DNA of 64,000 nucleotides from Octopus sinensis (lineage: Eukaryota), in the NCBI RefSeq assembly GCF_006345805.1, contig NC_043003.1, positions 3,038,001 through 3,102,000 of the forward strand. Direction: 5' to 3'. Shown one piece after another: positions 37,301-51,600 of this stretch (position 1 is its first letter; each line of letters opens with the position of its first letter). Made by a program: the position numbers and the translations under genes. Below the pieces are notes generated by a model. It was not told the origin of the DNA and did not search any database. It worked only from the letters and a program-made list of their open reading frames with translations.

Positions 37301-40300
37301 TAAAATGCATCAATTTGATGGAATTATTTCTACGTTGTACAAATTCTAAAGTTATAAAGATTATTATTATTATCATTGCTGTTCATCATCATCATCATCG
37401 TCGTTTAACGTCCGCTTTCCATGCTGGCATGGGTCGGACGGTTTGACTGAGGACTGGTGAGCCAGAAGGCTGCACCAGGCCCAGTTTCTTATATATTGAA
37501 ATATCTTTTGCCAATGAAGACTAAATTTTCATTTGAATGACTAAAATGATCGCCTGAAAAGAGTAAATCTAAAAGTTTATGGTATTTGATATACCTGTAT
37601 TCGTCAATGTTATTCAAATGCATTTCACTGGCCACTTTGAGATTCTTAGTTTATTTTTTGTTTAAATAATGCAAATTATCTTGGTCATTTTCTTCTCCGT
37701 TTTTGTATGTGTCTATATCCCTTGGCTATTGCATATATATAAGGTTGGACAATTGCCATGCTGATGACAGTTACTGAGGCAGAAACATGTGACAACTACC
37801 CACTTATTTCCAGAAACAATATGGTTTGTAAAGTTTGGAGAATTCTTGATTCTTATGATTATCTCCCCTTCTCAAGTGTAACTGGTCTTAACTGCCATTT
37901 GGTAATTCTGACACAGCCAAGAGTAGAAAAATTAGCAAAGAAACTTCAGGTGTGGCATCAAAGGGCCTTAGAATTAACTTAGTAAAGACCAAAGTCCTAG
38001 TAAGCAGGAAAGCCCTTCAAGGCAATGACCCTGTTGAATATGCAGGGAAAGTGTAGGTAAAAATGCCAAACAATGTACCCAGTTGCAAGCTATGGACACA
38101 TGAGAGAGACAGTGGAATCTGAGGAAGATGAAGAGAGAAAGTAGTCTTTGTGTGTGGTAGATGTGCAGGAACAGTAAGAACACACCGGAAATGGATTTCT
38201 TCAAATGTCCAGGAGGATCCTTAGAAGTAGCAGATAGTTTCTGTTACCTAGGTGACCTAATTATCAAAGCAGGAGGATGCACTGAAAGCATAGTTGCTAG
38301 AATAAGAATGAACTGGGCAAAATTCAGAGAGCTGCTGCCTTTGTTGGTAAAAATAGGGCTTCTCCCTCAGAGTAAAGGGCAGATTGTATGAGGCTTGTGT
38401 ATGAACTGCTATGCTATGTGGTTGTGAAATGTGGGCTGTGAATGTAGAGGGCATGAGAAAGATTGAAAGAAATGGAGGTTGCATGATCGAGTGCAAATGT
38501 ACAGCGAGAAAAACTGGGTAAAAGGGACATCTGATATAGGGTGCAAGAGAGAAGACCCATCCATCTAAGTAAAATGGGGACCCTGAAGGCATGTCATTTA
38601 TGTTTTATGCCCCTCCACAACTCATCAGCCTAACTCTCCCCCATCCATGTCCCCTCCATCTCCCACGAACTTACCCACCCACTCATCCTGTCCAATCTTC
38701 TAAGTTGAGGGTATGCCTTAACACATCACCTTCACCATCCTCCAGATCTCTCTCTCTCCCCTTTTCCTTTTCCAACTGGGATGGACCATGTGTCTCCCCA
38801 ATAACAAGGCACCTATATCTCTCCCTCTGTCGTTTCTCTAACCTTCCATTAACAGGTACAAAGATACTTTCCTCAATACTACGCCCCACTCAGTTGAGGG
38901 GCCTTTTCTTTCAAGATACTTGGTGACCTCATTGCTGCTGGGGCTGTTGTGGGTGCCATGTCAAAAGCACCCAGTACACTCTGTAAAATGGTTGGCATTA
39001 AGAAGGGTGTCGAACCATAGAAACCATGCCAAATCGGACAGTAGAGCTGGGTGTGGTCTCCTCGTTTGCCAGCTCCTGTCAAACTTCCAACCCATGCCAG
39101 CATGGTAAATGGACAACGATCCTCTGAAGCCGGCAGCAGTAATTTTAATAAATCACAAATTTATGTTGTATGGTATTTGATATACTCTTACTCTTTTACT
39201 TGTTTCAGTCACTTGACTGCGGCCATGCTGGAGCACCACCTTTAATCGAGCAACTCGACCCCGGGACTTATTCTTTTGTAAGCCCAGTACTTATTCTATC
39301 GGTCTCTTTTGCCGAACCGCTAAGTGACGGGGGACATAAACACACCAGCATCGGTTGTCAAGCAATGCTAGGGGGACAAAGACAGACACACAAACACACA
39401 CATGCATACATATATATATACGACGGGCTTCTTTCAGTTTCCATCTATCAAATCCACTCACAAGGCTTTGGTCGGCCCGAGGCTATAGTAGAAGACACTT
39501 GCGCAAGGTGCCACGCAGTGGGACTGAACCCGGAACAATGTGGTTGGTAAACAAGCTACTTACCACACAGCCACTCCTGCGCCTATATACCTGTATTTGT
39601 CTATGCTTAACGTTTATTATGGGTTTGACACTTAAAGTTTTTCTTTCAACATCCCCCTCCCCACAACCCCAACATAATATCCCTCTCCACCCCCCTCCAG
39701 TCAATAGTTTTGTTTGTTTGCTTGTTGTTGTTCATCTCAGCTCAGATCAGCTCAAGCCGGCCCATTAGCAAAAGCACACCAGTCATGACCATGCAGTATC
39801 TTTTTGCAGGCACAGCACATCAAGGACTACACTATACAATGTCTCCTTCCCTTTTTTTGTTTTGAGAGAGAAAAAAATGATAGAGAATGATATGAGGGAG
39901 ACTTTGATGTCATTTCTAGCAAATCAAATGACAACATAGAAACACAGACTCGTTTGCAAGACTGATTGTATTTCTATCTTCAGTAGAACTCCAGAGGTCT
40001 TTGTAAATGGTTGGAAAGCTGTTCGGAGTTGAAGAAACTCAACCCATTCTCTCTTCTATGATTAAAGTTTAGGGTTTGCATAAAGCTGTTTGATATTGTC
40101 AGGTCTGGAAAGGGAAGACAATGGGGCAGTTTGAACAGAGGGAGATTTTGCCACAAGGGCAGCACTTTAGGGGGAAGGGGATGAATTATGTCTTCCTTCA
40201 GAATATGAAGTGTTTAGTTTGTTGAGTGAGTTTATTTTGTTAACACTGTACGGTGACCTTGACATGGAGGTTGTGCAGGTAGAATGGCAAACATGTTGCT

Positions 40301-43300
40301 GTTAAATTTGTGCTTGGCTACACATTCAAAGAAAGGACAGGGGGGGATCTCTAGAGGAATGCACAGAACAAAAGGGAAGCAAACAAAAAAAAAAAAACAA
40401 GGTCTCTTTGTGGCACAGAAACATTTCTTATTTTAAGCAGTAAAAGAGTTTAGATAAGTTTTGAGTATTAAAAGAGGCAGAGAGGAGGCCTGGAGTAGAC
40501 AGGGTAAGAGTGGGTGTAATAGAGAACCTGTTGATAGCAACAACTCTGTTATCTGAAGATTCAGATGTAAACAATTCCATATAATAAAAAGAATGAACCA
40601 AAGGCAAAATGGTAAGTTAATGCCATCATAACTTCCACTCACCTCTGATAATATATCGAGCACTCACCTTCTTCATGTTCAACATATCCCATGGCATATC
40701 GCAGAGTATTTACTTTACCACACACCATCCACTGATCGAGTGTCGAGTCGTATTTTTCAATGGTGGCCCCCAACTCACTTCCAATCCAGCCTCCGATTGC
40801 ATATAAATGATACCTGTCCGCACATAATGCTAGATTACAACGAGGGAAATTCATACAAGCAATTCCACTCCATGCGCCAGTTGTCGGATCAAAACATTCC
40901 ACCGTATCACAGATCAATGAGTCATGCTCTCCCCCAGCAACAAAAACCTTTTTATTAAACACGGCAGTTCCATGGCCACTCCGAGCATCTTCAACGTCAG
41001 GCATAATCTTCCATTGCTTTTCAAACGTATCAAATTTTTCCACACAAGACAGGGTTTCACCATCGGCCCATTTTTTGCCTTGGAGTCGAGAGAATCCAGC
41101 AATTATGTATATGTTTTTGCAGGTTTGTAACCTAGGTCTCATTAGACTCGTCTTTAATCTGTTGTGTTTGTACATTTTATAGCAAATCACAGAGAGAGAA
41201 ATATCGTGTTCATTATCGCCTAAGTCAAAAGAGTTTTGAAGATATTCTTGCAGTTGGTGTTCTGCTATTAGAGGGAATCGAACAGGAGACATGACATCCC
41301 AAATAAATACTTTCCGAGTTGCGATGTCATGCAGAAGCCACCTGAGCGCCAGGTGAAACACCTCCAGTTCGGTTCTTACATGCAAGTGTTCACTACTTAA
41401 GAAATGGATCAGAGTTTCCTTAGGAAGATCAAAGAATTCTTCGGACTGTTCAACCTCTGCAAAGTGGCTGTAAATATATTTCTCTGCAGCATTCAGAACA
41501 TCTTCACACGCATGTGCTTCAGCAAATATATAGATACCTGAAACGAAGGAGAAATGATAGGTCAGCAAAAACTGTAAACTTTGTCATAAACAGCTAAATA
41601 ACCAAACTAGTAAATTGTTCATTCCCTAAAGATGTATGTTTGTTATCCCATGCTGGTACCATGTAAAATGCACCCAGGATACTTTGTCAAGTGGTTGGCA
41701 TTAGGAAGGGCACCCAGCCATAGAAACCATGCCAAAACAAATAACTAGAGCCTGGTGCAGCTCTCAGGATTGTTAGCTCCATTTAAACCATCCAATCCAT
41801 GCCAGCATGGAAAATGGATGCTAAAGGATGATGATATGAGACAGAAGCAGTATTAGATTAAAATAGCCATCTGTGTATCATACTTAATGCAGATACAAGA
41901 AAAGACCAATTTAACTGAGGTGTTCATCTGGGAATACTATTTCTTATGGATGCAATGTGTTTAATACCATAAATATATCAATAGCAAATGAAAATCATCC
42001 AGCAGTGGCAGTGAGAAAGGTAGATGGACATTTCTGCCATGTTGGACTTTTATCAGTAGCATGGACCTACACTAGTCACATGTCAAGACAAAATTCACTG
42101 CTACAGACACAAGTAAACAGTGACATAAAAGAAAAATCCCTTTCGCAATGGATCTGCATCGATACTTTCAACATTTAACCCTTTCATATTCAGATTATTC
42201 TGTCAAACGTAATCAAATTGTTTTGAATTAATCCTGCAAAGACATCGTTAGCATTGAAATTTTGAGGATGTGATTGCTTATTCTTAGAATGACATTGTAG
42301 GATAAGTGTGCAAAGCCAGATCCGGCCAGTCTGAACATAAAACAGGTAGAATATTTGGGCCAGGTATGGCCTGTTTAAATGCTGAAGGGTTAAACCAGCC
42401 ATATCCAGGGTCCAAATATTCTGCCTGTTTTATGTTCAAACTGGCCAGATCCAGCCTCTCACACCTGTTCTACAATGTCATTGTAAAGGTAAACAATCAA
42501 AATCTTGAAGCTCTGAGCTAATCCATGATCAATTCAAAACAAAGCGAACAAATAAACATTGCATTCAACAGAGTTAATCTGAAAGCTTAGAGGATTAAGC
42601 AGGAGACACAGATGGCCATTTAATCTAATGCTGCTTCTGTTGCATAAAATGAATTTTCATTGAGCCAGGCAGCCGAATCCAGAAATGGCCAGAACAAAGA
42701 CACAAGTTCTGATGGTGTAGAAAGTGTTGTTGCAGGCCATTTGTGGGTGAGTGCCGCCAAGGTTTTGTTATAATCACCACAGGATTCAAAGATAATACCT
42801 CATCACAGCCACTGGATTACAGTCGTGGGGGTAAGGCAGCGAATATGAATTGTTCCTTGTGGTTCAACTGAAATGCTTCCATTCACTCCGCATGTCGAGG
42901 GCTTAGCAACATAAAAGACATCGTCCAATGCAAACAGTTTCTCTCACTCAAAAAGAAAATCCACCTCAGTTAAGCATGAAGAAATTGAAGCAAAAAAAAA
43001 AAGTTAAATATACACACACACATATATATACACACACACACACACATATATATATACACACACACACACACATATATATATATACACACACACACACATA
43101 TATATACACACACACCACACATATATATATACACACACACACACATATATATATACACACACACACATATATATATACACACACACACACATATATATAC
43201 ACACACACACACATATATATATACACACACACACATATATATATACACACACACACATATATATACACACACACACACACATATATATACACACACACAC

Positions 43301-43303
43301 ACA

Positions 43304-43335
<32 letters not shown>

Positions 43336-45580
43336 TATATACACACACACACACATATATATACACACACACACATTCATACATATGTATGCACACATCA
43401 TCATCATCATCATCATCATTGGATGCTGGATGAAATGCTTAGCAGTATTTTGCCTGTCGCTATGTTCTGAGTTCAAACTGCACCAACGTCGACTTTGCCT
43501 TTCATCCGTTCAGGGTCGATAAATTAAGTACCAGTTGAACACTGGGGCTGATGTAATTGACTCGTCCCCTTCCCCCTAAAGTGCTGCCCTTGTGGCAAAA
43601 TTTGAAACCATTACTATTATTATACATACGTTACCGCATCGCCTTGGTGGCACTTGTGCTGGTGGCACATGAAACATTCGAGCGAGGTTGTCACCAGTGC
43701 CACTGGACTGGCTCCTGTGCAGGTGGCACGTAAAAACACCATTTGGGCGTGGCCATTGTCAGTACCGCCTGACTGGCACGTAAAAGCACCCACTACACTC
43801 TCAGAGTGGTTGGCATTAGGAAGGGCATCCAGCTGTAGAAACACTGCCAGATCAGATTGGAGTCTGGTTCGCCAGACCTCAGTCAACTCGTCCGACCCAT
43901 GCTAGCATGGAAAGCGGATGTTAAACGATGATGATGATACGATTAGGTCTCCTCATTTCTATAGCAAGCCCTAACACTCAGTCCGTCAATCACTCCCTAA
44001 CTGTCAACCGTTTTCTCCCCTGCCGCCACCCGACCGTCAAGAGGGATGAGACAAGTCAAAGACTACTCTTACATACCAATGCAGTTGTCAACAGACAATT
44101 GTTGTTTGAGGTATTCACAGCAGAACGCCAACACTTCAGTCACATCAAACATGTCAGCCGCAGACATGAGGTCCTGGCAATTCTCAGTACTTACTTCAAT
44201 TTGACCTGAAATTATCAACAAAAAAACACATTTAGGAAGCAATAGAATTATAAAACATCGTCGTCGTCATTAAATGCCCGTTTTTCCCACGTTGGCACGC
44301 ATCAGATGAAGTAGGGCTTTATGTATATACCTTATATTACCCATTTCTCTTCTACCCCCAAGGGGCTAAACATAGAGGGGACAAACAAGGACAGACAAAT
44401 GGATTAAGTCGATTATATTGACCCCAGTGCACAACTGGTACTTATTTAATCGACCCCGAAAGGATGAAAGGCAAAGTCGACCTCGGCGGAATTTGAACTC
44501 AGAACGTAGCGGCAGACGAAATACCGTTAAGCACTTCGCCCGACATGCTAACGCTTCTGCCAGCTTGCCGCCTTTATATACCTTATATTACCCTGCAGGA
44601 AAAAATTGGAGGGTTGGTAACAGGAAGAGCATCCAGTTGTAGAAAGTCTACCATGACAAATTCCTTCTGACCCATGACAGCATGAAAAAGTGGATGTTAA
44701 AATGATGATGATGAAATATATAGATATGTGAATACTTTCTCTTTTTTTATCCATGGTAAAGGTTCTGAAAATATTTTCTTCATTTTGTTTTGGTTTTTTT
44801 TTCTATATTAATTTACTTGTGTGAAACCTCATAAGCTTTTCAAACTGTATGTAAAGATCTGTGAGCGAGCATTTAGAGTGTTGCCCTCGCGATTGCAAGG
44901 CTGTGGTTCCGATTCCCAAACCAGCAGTGGATTGTGTTCTTGAGCAAAACACATCATTTCACATTGCCCCAGTCCACTCACCTGCAAATGGTTCACCCTG
45001 TGATGGAATGGCATTCTGTTCAGGAGGAATGTTGGCCGGGTCACCTAGCTAGCAAGGTAGCATCATTTGAATACCACAATACTGTGAGGAAGCACATTGT
45101 AATCAGCGGCATATAACAACATCTGATAGTCTAGTCAATACAGCCTCACACACACACATTATATATATCAAAATAAGGAGTTATTAATAAAGGATTATCA
45201 GTCTGGGTAAAATCATTCTCAAGCTATCTGTTAATACAAATACACCAGGCTAAGAAAAGGTTTTCAGATTGGTATAGAACCCCAGGTAATCCTAAGGCAA
45301 AGTCCAAAGTTGAAGTCCATCACCAGTCAGTTTGTAAATCCATGGTTGCACCCCACCCCCGGTTAATCTTTTACACAGAAAAAGCATAAAAAAAAGCATA
45401 CACAAGAAAAGGCATAAATAATAGACTTTCTATATTTAGTTTTTAGTGCTTCACAGTCTTACAGTTGTTTCTGATATGTATTATAGGTGTGTTCATGGTT
45501 CTGTTTCCTCAATTGGTTTTTTGATCAACTGACAAAACTGAACGACCTTAATAAATGCTATCATCATCATCAGAGTCTGC

Positions 45581-45633
<53 letters not shown>

Positions 45634-46134
45634 ATAAATAAAGCTGCCATGATCAGAGGTGGAATACCTCTGAACATAATTTTGCTCAATGAAAGTTGAC
45701 CTGACACTAAACAACAACAAGAAAATCTAATGGTCTTTCATTTATATTTCAAATAAATTACAAAATCGTTTTGTCAGAAGAGCAAAAAAGTCAGAGCACT
45801 TACCTGTATAAAAGAAATGCAGAAGACTTTGAAAAGATTCTGGTTGTAATCCCTGCAAAGTGATGACTTTTTGGTCATTTTCTACTAAAGTACTAGTAAA
45901 CATGGCATTAAAGTAAGAACTCCCAGCGGCCAGTACATTACGATGGGCATAAAAGGTTTTGCTACCCACTTGGATCTCAACATCACAAAGAAGCTGATCC
46001 TGCCAAAGAGAATATAAATTCTTCAAGACTCGGCATGCATAGCTATTAGTTTCTTTTGGAGACATATGATGGGTAGAAAGGTAACGCTGCGCCAGAGCCT
46101 TGGATTTCGGTAATTCCTGCATACAGGTTGCCAT
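34312..46134 (-). CDS. IPP: Actin-binding kelch protein IPP (KLHL27): BTB-BACK-6 kelch, 5 coding exons, 596 aa
   Basis: Exons 46134-45804, 44205-44077, 41537-40668, 37248-37028, 34551-34312. All GT-AG and phase-consistent (1791 nt). IPP-diagnostic segments GFSRLQGKKWAD..TLSCVEKFDTF, GGEHDSLICD, GGWIGSELG.TIE and GIEL. Confidence 0.9.
36190..36320 (-). mobile_element. pogo/Tigger transposase N-terminal HTH remnant
   Basis: KRVEKMREGRSFAVVGQEFDVNEPTIH resembles the Tigger CENP-B-type HTH. Confidence 0.5.
37770..38590 (+). mobile_element. RTE-clade LINE 3' fragment
   Basis: SLEVADSFCYLGD...GCTESIVARIR..WAKFRELLPLL, broken by frameshifts. Confidence 0.8.
42179..42594. mobile_element. Head-to-head pair of piggyBac-type MITEs in IPP intron 2
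   Basis: TTAA at 42175-78, 42390-93 and 42595-98. About 42285-42375 is the reverse complement of 42394-42485. Confidence 0.7.
43007..43418. repeat. Compound (TA)n(CA)n microsatellite followed by (CAT)n
   Basis: Directly visible; generates several spurious ORFs in the track. Confidence 0.95.
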
Positions 46135-46353
46135 GAAGTTCTATGTTATAAACGTTTCTTTGAAACTCTTATGTTTTTCTCGTGTGGACCCTTTGTTCCA
46201 GTTACGAGAACAAATCCAAAGTTGAGTATTTTCTGTCACAGACATAGAGTTGAGACTAAGAGTGATGCGAAATAGCTATCGGTAGCTTTTAAGCTGTGGG
46301 TTATGAACATTTAAGCCATCAAAATAGCCAGAAGTCACGAAATGATTTTCAAC
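46135..46353 (-). other. IPP: IPP 5' UTR part of the first coding exon
   Basis: Strong acceptor tttttcctatcttttcag|GTTG with exon start at 46353, upstream of the ATG at 46134. Confidence 0.6.
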
Positions 46354-48111
46354 CTGAAAAGATAGGAAAAACATAGCAGAGACATCATTCATTGATTACA
46401 GGTGAAGATTGGTCTTGGGAATGTCTAAATTTATAGAAAATACCATTTGAAGTAGTTATGTAACTGTTGAGTCAACCAAAGCCATGAGTGGGTTTGGTAG
46501 AGGGAAACTGAATGAAGCCCATCATTATTTAATATTCATTTTCCATGCAGGTATGGGTTACATCGAGTTCCATGTCAGCTTTGGCATGGATTCTATGGCT
46601 GGATGGTCGTATGCATGGATGCATGTGTATATGTAGGTGTGTATACCTGAGTGTGTGTATGCTTGTGTCACCTTGCTTGACATAGCACGACTGTTGTAAA
46701 ATGATTGCTACTGTCATACAAGTAGGGTTATTCATTTCAAACATTCTGCAAAAACCATGTCTGGCCCTGGGGAAATATTACCTCGTTTGGAAACAGGTGA
46801 GGGTTGGTGACAGGAAAGGCATCTGACCATAGAGTGTATGCCTGAATAAACTCTGCCTGACCCATTCAAGCATGGGAAAGTGGACATATGATGATGATGA
46901 TGACATGAATATAAAGGATTATCATTTGTAGATTTGTATGAATGTTGGAACACTTGAAAGGAACTGGATTAGGTCTCTTCTGATTTGGTGGGCAGGATTA
47001 TTTCAATACTGATTACCTGCACATGGTTTGAGAATACAGGTTAAAATAGGAGAGAATTTAAAGATTAGACCTTTTCACAGGTTAATTCAAAGCAATAAAG
47101 GCAAGGTTTACATAAATCCGTTTGTAAAATGCACATTAATAATTAAATAGGAAAACGAACATGGATGTCAATGGAATAATTTGTGTTTGAGAGCCAAATG
47201 TGAGGCATTAGATAATGACAAGCTGTTAAGAGGAAACAATAGATAATAGATGTGTTTATGGAAATTTTGTGAAAATTATTGTCAAAGCTAAGACAAAACC
47301 TGGTGGTTAGCCAAATATGAGAAAGAGACAGAGAAAGGGTGGGGAGGAGGAGAATAAGATGTTTTAGGCATATCTACTGATATAAGAAAGAAAGATTTGT
47401 CTGGAGGTGAGAGAGAAAGAAAGATTTGTCTGGAGGGGAGTGAATGAAAAGATTCTTGCCTTGCTTAAAATATTGTAAATAATGGCTCAAAACACCAGGT
47501 GTTTCTGATAAAGCCAAACAGTAAATGTGATGGTGGTGAATCTCAAATGATCACATGTTCTGTGTAACACAACAATGGCTCATGGACTACTTGTTTGTAA
47601 GTCAGAATTTCTGATTGGTTAACACCTGAGACAATGGTTAAACCATCACGATTACCTGAGTCTGTAACGTACAAGTGTCTGAGTAAAAAAATATGAATAA
47701 AAGTACTCAACACATGTAGAGTTTGTTCTTTTGTTCAAAGGCTAATAATTTACTCTGCTGTTATTTGATATTTCTTGCCAAATGTGAATCTTCAGCTGAC
47801 AAAAAGATGACTTCATCTGGAAGGAATGGATGTAATGAGAATCCCTAAACAACAACAAAGTGGATCCAGAGTTCTGATCGAATGCATGGGCGAAGGTCAA
47901 TAGTCAGGTGATGAATTTTTGATTACTAAATTTACCATGCTGTGAACAAACTTAAGACTCTCCTTATTCTAATGTAAATAATAGAAGTAGTTCAATTGGT
48001 GCAATAAATTTTACTTTAACAGTTGAATCCAAAGGAACCAACAGTATTGGCAAGTAATACAAGTAATACAGGGGCCATATGGCGTAGTGATTAAGAGCAT
48101 GGGCCACTAAC

Positions 48112-48650
48112 TAGTTTTTCTCCCTGGAATGTGGTGGAAGTTGTTCTCTGCACATTTTCAGTGTTTATTGCTCCTGAGCATCTGCCACATTCGTACAAAA
48201 ACAATCTTCTCAGTTAGCCTTCCTTTAATATTGCTGCACCTCTTATGTGTCCATCTACTTACACCTTTTCTACAGATCAAGCAGGGTCATCTACCTGAAG
48301 GGATTTGTGGTTTGTCTGCCTTCCTACTTATTAGGGCTTTGGTTTTAGCCAGGTTGACTCTAAGGCCCTTCGATTCTAATCCTGGTTTCCACACCTGAAA
48401 CTTCTCTAGTTCTGATAGTGACTCAGCAATTAGAGCAAGGTCATCAGCATTGAGGAGCTCCCAGGAGTATCCTGTCTTGAGTTCCTCTGTTATTGCCTGG
48501 AGGACTACGATAAATAGGAGGGGGCTGAGGACTGAACCTTGGTGGACTCCTACCTCTACCCTGAATTCTTCAGTGTACTCGTTGCCAACCCTCACCTTAC
48601 AGCGTCCCTGTACATGGCTTGCACAGCTCTCACTAACCATTCATCTATCC
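48112..48650 (-). mobile_element. RTE-clade LINE RT fragment
   Basis: VRVGNEYTEEF.VEVGVHQGSVLSPLLF...LLNADDL (decayed YADD). Confidence 0.85.
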
Positions 48651-51600
48651 CTAGTTTCCTCAAATATATATATATATATATACAAGCTTCTTCCAGTTTC
48701 CATCTACCAAATCCATTCACAAGGCTTTGGTCAGCCTGAGGCTATAGAAGACACTTGTCCAAGGTGCCACGCGATGGGACTGAACCCAGAGCCATGTTGT
48801 TGGGAAGCAAGCTTCTTACCACATAGCCATGTACTTGAAATTTACCAGTTAAATCAATAAATGATTTTTTTCTACTCTCACAGACAATGCTACAGTTGTA
48901 TGTCCCAACCGTTATTTTTCCACCTGTCACTTTCCTGTAACTTCAAAGTGCATCCTGAGATATCTTCACCATTTTCATCTTTTCCAACTGAGGCAACCAT
49001 ATTTCTCCTCTTCAGCAAGACACCTACTCATGTCCCTATATGTTTCTTTACTACCCACAAAGGGCTAAACATAGAGGGGACAAACAAGGACAGACAAACG
49101 AATTAAGTCAATTACATCGACCCCAGTGTGTAACTGGTGCTTATTTAATCGACCCCGAAAGGATGAAAGGCAAAGTCGACCTCGGCGGAATTTGAACTCA
49201 GAACGTAACAGCAGACGAAATACAGCTACGCATTTCACCTGGCATGCTAACGGTTCTGCCATCACCTGGCATCAAGCCCCATCCTTCGAGACTACTCCCA
49301 ACTCAGCTGAATAGGGCCTTGTCTCGTGAGTTACTCAATGACATCAATGGTGCCAGTTCCACGTAAAAAGCACTCAGTACACTCTGAAGTGGTTGGTGTT
49401 AGGAAGGGTATCCAGCGCAAGAAACCATCAAAGTAGACATTGGAGTTTGGTGCAATCCTCTGACCTGTCAGATCCTGTTGAAACATCTAACCAATGCCAA
49501 CAGGGAAAATGAATGTCAAATGATGATGATGACGATATCCTTAGTTGCTCAGTCCTTTCCAGGTCAATGCTCTCGCTCTCTCTCTTCTGTCGGCAGCACT
49601 ATAGTCATTTGTTTTGATCAGCTGCTCTTTCCCTACCACTTATGGTGAGAACCAACCCTGTGTCTTCCCATCTCAGAAGTCGTGTTTACTGCATCAGCTG
49701 GATTTGGCAGAAGGACATACAAAAAGTTATCGGCTGTAATATAAATTATGAAATTATTTTAAGCAATAAACAGAGCTTTGTATGGAAATATTTTAGAAAG
49801 TAAATGTAGTCTTTCATAGGAACTTTACTGAAACAATGGAGACTTCAACTAGTTGCTCAAACTGCCAGAAATAGTAACTAAATCGCCTCCAAACTTATAC
49901 TTTTACCAGTCCTGTTTGCTGAACAGAACATAGTTTGCTGGTCAACACCAGTCGCAGCAGTCCCACTGTCCAGGGAAGTGCACTTCGTTTTATGAACTTC
50001 AGTTCACCTAGGAGTAAAGAGTAGATGCAAGGACACCTGGAAATGTTAGCCGCTATTTGCTCAGGTGGACAATACTTTGTTGCAGCTGAGCATGCTACAA
50101 ACGGTTGCTAACACCACCCCTAACCCGTCCCCTGTATCACATATCGTACACAAAACATACTTTCCTGCTGGCCATGTGGCGTACATTGATACGCGCTCCC
50201 ATTCTTTTGCAACACCCAGAGTAACTTGGGACTTAAAGAAGGAAAGCTTTATATTACTCAAAACACACGAAACAAGGGCTAAATAAGGGTCTGAAAATAA
50301 GCATGCACGGTTGGGATAAAATTACGAAAATGCTTTGGACAGGAAAAGATTCTTAAAACCACAACGTAACAGACTTTTTTTAAAAAAGGACATATTGGAC
50401 GTGCGAGAAACAACTGCAAAATCTGTTCAAATAAGACTCACCTATCGTCTTGAACAAGGGAAGGACACATGAAATAATGGGATACGAGTAGAGTTTCGCT
50501 TTTGGAACCCTTAACACTCGCACCTTGTCTCCTATACTGCACAAACATAAACATTAAGGGAACCTAGAACGGATATTGAACACTTTCGTTTGCTATAATG
50601 TATCGTTTGTTTTTGAAGTCTTGGAACCATTTAGCTCCATAAAGTTGGAACCATGAGCTTCATTAACAAGTTGGAACCATGAGCTTCATTAAAGTTTAGC
50701 AAAATATTATTTAACGGAATCCTGCCAACCACATCGAAGGGATTCTTCAAGAAATATTAATTACTTTTAAATGTAACAAAGTCAGGGGAAGTGTGGCGTG
50801 AATAATTGCTTCAGGGGTTTCTGTGACTGACAGGAGAAGGTTTGTACCCAGGTAGGAGACTTGATATCGTTGCTTGCCACCGAGTGTCGGATACAGGTAA
50901 GCCAAAGGTAAGCCGAGGCCCAGGTGAGGCGTGGGAAATAAACCGGGTTGGGGGACGGAGTCGGTCGATAAAATATACCTTGATATAGAATTAAGGATAC
51001 TGTATGAATGTTAATTTCATTAGAGCAGACTGGAAAATAAATAAAAGTCGAATAAAATGAAGAAATGTTTGAAATGAGCGGAAGAAACGGTGATAAATAT
51101 CGACTCACTGGTTTTCTTGGTGAATGTTTATTTGAGCCATTAGCGAACCAGGCAGACGGGTGCGATAGAAAATTAGGATTGGGAACGGGAAATGGACGCA
51201 CGGCTAACGAAACTATTCTTCTAATAGTCTCTCAGAACAAAGTGAAATCTAACTCACATCTTGGACTGATAATTATATTTAATGTGTTACGAATGCGCGA
51301 ATGTGGTGTTCACTCACACAATCTATTTTAAATGGCTACACTTTTATTTCTCAAGTGTTCGTTTCGGTAATCCAGAAAATTTTTTTGTCCTTTTTTAGTC
51401 TTCTGGAACAGAACCGCAACGCTGACTGTCATAAGTATTATTCTGTCCCGGGACAACTTTGCACCCCTCCCCCCCTCTCTCTTTCTTTCTCTCTCTTTCT
51501 TTCTTTCTTTCTTTCTCTCTCTCTTTCTCTCTCTCTTTCCCTTTCTCTCTCTCGCTTTCTCTCTCCCTCCCCCCCTCTCTCTCTCTCATTTACTGTTTAG

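Noticed and set aside
42928-43476. Long His/Thr- or Cys/Val-rich ORFs
   Set aside because: Translation artefacts of a (TA)(CA) microsatellite.
50621-50695. Three ~25-bp direct repeats that look CRISPR-like
   Set aside because: No unique spacers, no cas genes, eukaryotic context; a minisatellite.
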